DNA of 59,298 bases, taken from assembly GCA_001304225.1 (NCBI GenBank), contig LJVD01000001.1, positions 1-59,298 on the forward strand. Reading direction: 5' to 3'. Origin of the DNA: a candidate division Zixibacteria bacterium SM1_73 (GTDB lineage Bacteria; Zixibacteria; MSB-5A5; SM1-73). The number at the start of each line of letters is the position of its first letter. The first letter of the stretch is position 1. The translations under genes and the position numbers were made by a program. The notes beneath the pieces are model-generated. The model did not search any database and was not told the DNA's origin. It saw only the letters and a program-made list of their open reading frames with translations. This document shows, piece by piece, positions 53,852-59,298 of the stretch.

Positions 53852-55885
53852 ATGAGAAAAGTCTCTTTACTTTCGTTATCTCTTTTGCTGCTTTTCTGCT
53901 TTGCAGGACTTCAAGGGCAAGAGACATTCGTGGGTGTCCAGACTAAAAACAGCGTGAAAAAAGCCTTGCTCGATAAATACGGTGAGGTCCTGAAATTCCG
54001 GATAGAAAAAGGCGTTGACCAGGCTGCCTCCCTCTGGACAGAGGAAGATGGGACGGCAAAGGAGTTCGAAGACTTCTGCCGCCAATATTTTGTCGACTCC
54101 CCTGAACTTCTCGATCTGAATTTTAAAAGACTGGAGACAAATTATGAGATCCTGAACGGTAACTTCACCAAAATGATCATTGATTTGAAGCGTCCCCTCG
54201 AGCTGGATTGGGGCGAGATTCTTCCGTTGGACATAATGTTCGGACAGTTCGACCCCTCTTCGCACCTGACGGAGGATCTGTTCCGGAATAAAGTGGCTTT
54301 TTTTGTCCTGCTGAACTTTCCTCATTATTCCCTGGAAGAAAAAGCCGAATTGAGCCCAAAATGGGGCCGCAGAAACTGGGCTTACTCCAGGATGGGAGAT
54401 ACCTTCATCTCGAGGGTTCCCGCCCACATCTACCAGAAGATATCCCAAGTTATGACTGCAGCCGATACTTACATATCGGAATACAATATCTACATGGGAA
54501 AACTCGTAGACCAGAAGATGAAAGCCTACTTTCCAGAGGACCTCAAACTCATCAGTCACTGGGGCATTAGAGACGAGTTGAAATCACGGTACAGCGATCC
54601 TGAGGGGCTGGTCAAGCAGAAGATGATTTACGAAGTCATGTTGAGGATCATCAACCAGGACATCCCTGAAATCGTGATCAACAACCCTGATTATCTGTGG
54701 AATCCTTTCCAGAATATGGTCTTCAAGGGCGGAGAAGAGATTGAAACCATCAGAGAGCCTGACACCCGGTATCAACACTTTCTCCAGATATTCAAAGCGA
54801 TGAAGCTGCTCGATCCCTACTATCCCTCTCTGCCTACCCATATCAAAAGAAGGTTTGAGGCTGATCGGGAAATTCCGGAGAAGGAAGTCGAAGCTCTGTT
54901 CATGAGTTTTATTTCATCACCTCAGGTCCGCAAGGTCGGAAAACTCATCAGCCGGAGGCTGGGGAGGAAGTTGGAGCCTTTCGATATCTGGTACACGGGT
55001 TTTAGGTCTGGGGGTTCGATCCCCGAGGAAAAACTGGACAGGATCGTGGCCGAGAGGTATCCGACAGTAGAGACCTTCGAGAAAGACCTGAGAAATATCC
55101 TGGTCAAACTCGGGTTTTCTCAGGACCGAGCAGACTTCATTGCTCCCAAAGTTACGGTTGATGCCTCGAGAGGCATAGGTCACGCCTACGGGACAGAGAT
55201 GAAGGCGGATAAATCACGCTTGAGAACCAGAGTTCCTGACAAGGGAATGAATTACAAAGGATTCAACATCGCCATCCATGAATTTGGGCACTGTGTGGAG
55301 CAGACGCTCACCCTCCAGAAGGTTGACTACTATATGCTTCGCGGCGTTCCCAACGCAGCTTTCACCGAGGCTTTTGCCTTTGTTTTTCAGGAGAAAGACC
55401 TCGACCTTTTGGGGTTTTCAAGTAAAGATCCCGACAGAAAACACCTGAAAGCCCTCGACGATCTCTGGAATGCCTACGAAATCATGGGCGTTTCTTTAGT
55501 GGATATGAAGGCTTGGAATTGGCTTTATGATCATCCTGAGGCCACGGCAGCGGAACTGAAGGAAACTGTCATTTCTATCGCCAAGGACATCTGGAACACC
55601 TATTATGCCGATGTTTTCGGCGTCAAGGATCAGCCAATTCTCGCCATCTACTCCCATATGATTGATGCTGCGCTTTATCTTCCTGACTACCCTCTGGGGC
55701 ACGTGATCGCTTTCCAGATTCATCAGTACCTCGAAGGGAAGAATCTAGGTGAAGAAATGGAGAGAATGTGTGTGGCCGGTAATATCATTCCTCAGGCCTG
55801 GATGCAGAACGCCGTCGGCTCCAAGGTGTCAACCCAGCCGCTACTCGAGGCTGTGGATGAGGCCTTGGAACATGTGAAACAGTAA
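53852..55885 (+). CDS. Putative secreted zinc metallopeptidase (HExxH)
   Basis: ATG at 53852 preceded by GGAGG. Signal peptide SLLSLSLLLLFCFAGLQG. HEFGH motif in IAIHEFGHCVEQT. Family not assignable by eye. Confidence 0.5.
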   Translation: MRKVSLLSLSLLLLFCFAGLQGQETFVGVQTKNSVKKALLDKYGEVLKFRIEKGVDQAASLWTEEDGTAKEFEDFCRQYFVDSPELLDLNFKRLETNYEILNGNFTKMIIDLKRPLELDWGEILPLDIMFGQFDPSSHLTEDLFRNKVAFFVLLNFPHYSLEEKAELSPKWGRRNWAYSRMGDTFISRVPAHIYQKISQVMTAADTYISEYNIYMGKLVDQKMKAYFPEDLKLISHWGIRDELKSRYSDPEGLVKQKMIYEVMLRIINQDIPEIVINNPDYLWNPFQNMVFKGGEEIETIREPDTRYQHFLQIFKAMKLLDPYYPSLPTHIKRRFEADREIPEKEVEALFMSFISSPQVRKVGKLISRRLGRKLEPFDIWYTGFRSGGSIPEEKLDRIVAERYPTVETFEKDLRNILVKLGFSQDRADFIAPKVTVDASRGIGHAYGTEMKADKSRLRTRVPDKGMNYKGFNIAIHEFGHCVEQTLTLQKVDYYMLRGVPNAAFTEAFAFVFQEKDLDLLGFSSKDPDRKHLKALDDLWNAYEIMGVSLVDMKAWNWLYDHPEATAAELKETVISIAKDIWNTYYADVFGVKDQPILAIYSHMIDAALYLPDYPLGHVIAFQIHQYLEGKNLGEEMERMCVAGNIIPQAWMQNAVGSKVSTQPLLEAVDEALEHVKQ

Positions 55886-55950
55886 GCTTTCCTCTAAAAA
55901 AGTAAAAAACAAAGACAGCGAGTATGCCGGTGAAAGAAGGAGAGAGGACG

Positions 55951-56586
55951 ATGTCAAGAAAGCTAAGTCTTATCTTCATATGCATCTCTCTTATTTGTGT
56001 CGGTTGCCCTTCGGGCCCGAAGAAAGACGAGATCCGCTGGGTTACGGTTGAGGAGATTGCCAGGAGTCTGGAGAACCAGCCACCGATGAAAGTCGGGTTT
56101 GATGTGGACGACACGGTTCTTTTCTCAGCTCCCGGGTACTACTACGGCCAGCAGAAATATTCACCAGGGAGCAATGAGTATCTAGAGAAGGAGGAGTTCT
56201 GGAACGAGTTGAACAACGGTTTGGATAAGTTCAGTCTGCCGAAAGAGTGCGCTAGGACATTGATCGCGCTTCATAAGAGCCGTGGTGACACGATTTATTT
56301 CATCACAGCCCGGCAGAAAACCGAAACGGAAACAGTGACAGACCTGCTCGCCAAGACGTTTAACCTGGACAACATCAATGATGTGATCTTCACCGACCTC
56401 AAGGCACAGGCCATCCTCAACCATGACATCCAGATCTACTACGGAGATTCTGATGCCGATATGAAGGCCGCCGTTGAGGCCGGCATTCTAGGCATCCGCA
56501 TCATGCGGGCGGGCAATTCGACCAAAAGACCCTTCCCCGAGTATGGAAGCTTGGGAGAGGAGGTTCTGAAGGGCTCTGAGTTTTGA
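55951..56586 (+). CDS. Class B acid phosphatase-like HAD-superfamily protein (AphA-like), signal/lipoprotein-type N-terminus
   Basis: ATG at 55951 preceded by GAAGGAGAGAGG; the track ORF starts at 55924. HAD motif I FDVDDTVLFS and motif IV YYGDSDADM. Confidence 0.7.
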   Translation: MSRKLSLIFICISLICVGCPSGPKKDEIRWVTVEEIARSLENQPPMKVGFDVDDTVLFSAPGYYYGQQKYSPGSNEYLEKEEFWNELNNGLDKFSLPKECARTLIALHKSRGDTIYFITARQKTETETVTDLLAKTFNLDNINDVIFTDLKAQAILNHDIQIYYGDSDADMKAAVEAGILGIRIMRAGNSTKRPFPEYGSLGEEVLKGSEF

Positions 56587-56823
56587 GATACATGTTAATC
56601 CTGGTCTGGCCAAGATAAAGTCTCAGATGTCTGGGTGTCCAATGTTAATTATATAATCGTTGAATAGAAAAAGAATCTCTCTGTCATTCCTCCCAGCGTT
56701 CTCCCTTTTCGGATTGACAACCCTTTGGGGCTCTGTTATAAGCTTGTCAATAGAAAATCAAAGACAAAAGACATTTTTAATTAACCAATAAAGATGTGCT
56801 GCTAATGCTCTGAAGAGACGTGG

Positions 56824-59298
56824 ATGGGTGTTGATTATTCTCTGCAAACAATCCAGCACCTAGAGAATCTTTTTGACAGCCAGGAAGTCCTCCGTCCTCG
56901 GCGCAGACTGCGCTACGAGCCAGAAACAGAACTCCAATACAGAATCAGAGGGGTCTTCCCACCCAGAGAGGGACAGGTCAAGTTCAGAATCGAGCGCTTC
57001 GTGGGAGGAGGCTATGCCGGCCAAGTTTACCGGGTCAAAGCTCTTGAAGTTGAACCAGAGGGCGAGCCGATCATCGGCCTTCAGGTCGGTCAGGTCTATG
57101 CTTTAAAGATACTTGTCCCTCCGAATGGATTTGCGAGATGGTTCCGGAACGTGATGTTTGGGCTGGCCTTCCAGGCCCCCTATTCTCTCCAGGTCAATCC
57201 TGATGCAGCCCAGGCCGGGGCTCTCTGGCAGAAGCTCATCCGGCGCGGTGCGTGGTTGAGGTTTGGTTCTGAGGATGCTGTTGTCGATATCCTGGCCACC
57301 TTCATCGACCGCAGCCTCGGCAGCTGTGGGGAAATCAGCGAGTGGGTTGAGGGCCGGATATGGCGGTTCGAGGTGGATGACAACCTGGATGCCAGGAGGA
57401 AATGGAAGGTCGGAGATCCTGGAGAAGGCCTGGGTTCTCCAGAGTACCGGGCTAAACGAGTCTTTATGGCGAATCTCGTGAACCTGATGCATGATATGGG
57501 GGCATCGGAGCTGGCCCGCCAATACGAGTGGTGGACGTTAAAAAGCCAGCCGAACGCACTCAAGCGCATCGCGAGCGATCCCGAGCCAACGCAGGGTTTA
57601 GTGGGGGTTGATTTCAGGGCCGGTCTGGCCCTTCTCCCCTTCCTGCCTCAGTGTCCCGCCGATTTTAAGCTCATCCTCCAAGGAGTAAAACGAGGCCGTC
57701 TGGTCCAGTTTGATAAAGGGGATATCGAAAAGCTCGAAAATTTTGTCGAAGAGCAGGCCGATGCTTTCGCAGGGATGGAGGGGGCGGTCGAGGAACTTAA
57801 GGCAGTGGATCAAGCTTACCGTGATTCCCTGCTCGATATCACCAATCATCATCTGAAACTGTTAACCAGCCCCCGCCTGCGGGCCTCCATCATCAAGGGC
57901 TTCGTCAAAAGCTGGAACCTCCGGAAGATAATCGATGATAAATGGTGTGAAAAACTGCTTCAGAGCAGATTCTTGGCCCTGGTTTACTGGATTCTGGGCC
58001 TTATTCCATTCCTGGGGAATTTCTTTCGCCGTTTAGGAGGACATGCCGTTTATCGTCAGCATTACAAACAGGTCTTGACGAGCCTGTCTTATTATCGACG
58101 GGCCTTCCGGGCCCATGTTGCGGAGGCTCTGATCCGCTGGCACAGGGCCGGGCGCATCTCTGAGAGTCGCGCGGAGGGGTTGGCCAGACAGCCTGTGAGA
58201 TGCCTTCTCCATCTGCCGCTTTCTATCTCACCCCCAAAGATGCATCGATTTTTCTCGGACAGGCGCTTTTTTCTCCAGTCGCTGGACTATATTTTTGCCC
58301 GTCCGTTCCGTCTGTATTTCAAAGCCGAGGTCAGGGAAGAATGGCTTCGGGATATGGTTTCCCAGGGACAGAAAGAGGGCATGCTGACTGAAAGGGAAGC
58401 CGCCAACGTCCAATCCCAGATAAAGGAACCCTTCATCCAGAAATACCTGAAAAGTCTGGCCGTCCATGTCTGTACGCTCCCGATAACCCAGATTGTCTCC
58501 GTCATCGTGGCCTTTATCTACATCCGGATGCACCCAGAGTTATCCTGGCAGGAAGCCTCTGTCCATGCAGGCCTGATCCTGGGATTTTTCCAGGTCATCC
58601 CGATCTCTCCCGGGTCGCTCGTCCGAGGCTTGTACGTGACCTTTCTCGTTATTAGGGAGCGCAACTTTCAAGATTACAGCCTGGCCTTCTTCATAAGCTT
58701 CTTTAAATACATAGGTTATCTGGCCTTCCCCATCCAGATGGCCTACCGCTACCCTGATCTGGCCCGGTTCATGGCCGGCCGCTGGGCGATCGGTGTCTCA
58801 CATATTGTCCCTGTTTTTGGAGAACGAGGGGCTCTGCTCGAACATGCAGTCTTTGACTTGTTTTATAACTATCCGCTAACTCTGAGAAGACGCTTCAGGC
58901 GGCGCCGGGAATTCCGCGCGGGATTGAAGCCGAGATACTGGCATGTTCCGTTGTCTATCATCATCGGAACGGCTGTCCTGGGAGGGATCGACACCTCTTT
59001 TTTCCAGCTCAGGGGATACCTTCCTCAGTTCAGTGACCTCTGGTGGTTAGCTCTTTGGATTCCGTTACTGGCAGCAGGGGCTGTGTCAATCTGGGCTGGC
59101 GGATCATCGCTGGCGAGACGGTTTATGGCGGGAATGATTTGTGGAGTTTTAATCGGAGTCCTTTATGCTGCTCTGAGCGGGGTTGAGAGCCGCTTCATCA
59201 GCCTGGAAGGAGCAGAGGTTTTGACCGAGCTCCAATTTACTGGACAGGTTGCTGTTGATGCCCTATGGAGAGCCTTCCTGTTCGCTGTCGTTGCTGTC
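56824..59298 (+). CDS. Protein with N-terminal kinase-like ATP-binding signature and C-terminal polytopic membrane region (partial; runs off window end)
   Basis: Not in the ORF track (no stop within the window). The frame is open from ATG 56824 (stop TAA at 56803-56805 upstream) to 59298, 825 codons. FVGGGYAGQVYRV...VYALKIL resembles a G-loop plus VAIK Lys. At least 6 hydrophobic helices follow ~residue 390. Confidence 0.6.
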   Translation, partial: MGVDYSLQTIQHLENLFDSQEVLRPRRRLRYEPETELQYRIRGVFPPREGQVKFRIERFVGGGYAGQVYRVKALEVEPEGEPIIGLQVGQVYALKILVPPNGFARWFRNVMFGLAFQAPYSLQVNPDAAQAGALWQKLIRRGAWLRFGSEDAVVDILATFIDRSLGSCGEISEWVEGRIWRFEVDDNLDARRKWKVGDPGEGLGSPEYRAKRVFMANLVNLMHDMGASELARQYEWWTLKSQPNALKRIASDPEPTQGLVGVDFRAGLALLPFLPQCPADFKLILQGVKRGRLVQFDKGDIEKLENFVEEQADAFAGMEGAVEELKAVDQAYRDSLLDITNHHLKLLTSPRLRASIIKGFVKSWNLRKIIDDKWCEKLLQSRFLALVYWILGLIPFLGNFFRRLGGHAVYRQHYKQVLTSLSYYRRAFRAHVAEALIRWHRAGRISESRAEGLARQPVRCLLHLPLSISPPKMHRFFSDRRFFLQSLDYIFARPFRLYFKAEVREEWLRDMVSQGQKEGMLTEREAANVQSQIKEPFIQKYLKSLAVHVCTLPITQIVSVIVAFIYIRMHPELSWQEASVHAGLILGFFQVIPISPGSLVRGLYVTFLVIRERNFQDYSLAFFISFFKYIGYLAFPIQMAYRYPDLARFMAGRWAIGVSHIVPVFGERGALLEHAVFDLFYNYPLTLRRRFRRRREFRAGLKPRYWHVPLSIIIGTAVLGGIDTSFFQLRGYLPQFSDLWWLALWIPLLAAGAVSIWAGGSSLARRFMAGMICGVLIGVLYAALSGVESRFISLEGAEVLTELQFTGQVAVDALWRAFLFAVVAV

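Noticed and set aside
1-59298. CRISPR arrays, rRNA genes, integrases/transposases, retron-like ncRNA/RT
   Set aside because: No regularly spaced direct repeats, no rRNA-like sequence, and no ORF with integrase, transposase or reverse-transcriptase motifs were seen on either strand. This was a by-eye scan only and should be confirmed computationally.

Overview
Bacterial chromosomal window. Spot counts give about 45% G+C in the core. The taxon cannot be determined from sequence alone; the many Ser/Thr-kinase/TPR paralogue fragments suggest an environmental, probably uncultivated lineage.
Layout:
(i) 1-6.7 kb: a partial Ser/Thr kinase, a tldD-pmbA pair in which TldD carries a twin-arginine signal, and a DUF5916/CBM9-like envelope protein.
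(ii) ~6.8-22.9 kb: a compositionally mosaic accessory stretch ending at the 3' side of tRNA-Arg(TCT)/tRNA-Pro(TGG). It holds a single-gene GC-rich island encoding a 1290-aa PKD+PLAT protein, an orphan compact UvrD-like ATPase, and an AT-rich ABC-exporter operon led by a 22-codon sORF. It also holds a possibly truncated ybaN, a nucleotidyltransferase pair, a CMD-family gene, an AbiEi/AbiEii module, an ADA2-like adenosine deaminase lipoprotein, and at least four decayed kinase/TPR gene ends.
(iii) 23-56.6 kb: mostly housekeeping. Genes are mutL, mpg, mtaB, purE, purD, an SHMT-family gene, rpiB, an S41 protease, tatA/tatC, a kinase-like + dCMP-deaminase pair, two ECF sigma modules, rlmB, accA, hisS, aspS, two M16 peptidases, a denV-like gene, sfsA, a TPR protein, a serine hydrolase, a metallopeptidase and a class-B phosphatase.
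(iv) 56.8 kb to the end: a partial kinase-like polytopic membrane protein.
The most unusual non-coding signal is a ~190-nt MITE-like element, with AT-rich inverted arms around a very GC-rich multi-hairpin core. It occurs as two full copies in opposite orientation plus one truncated copy. No CRISPR array, rRNA, integrase or transposase was recognised. No complete, clearly novel multi-gene system can be asserted from reading alone; candidates are ranked in the findings.
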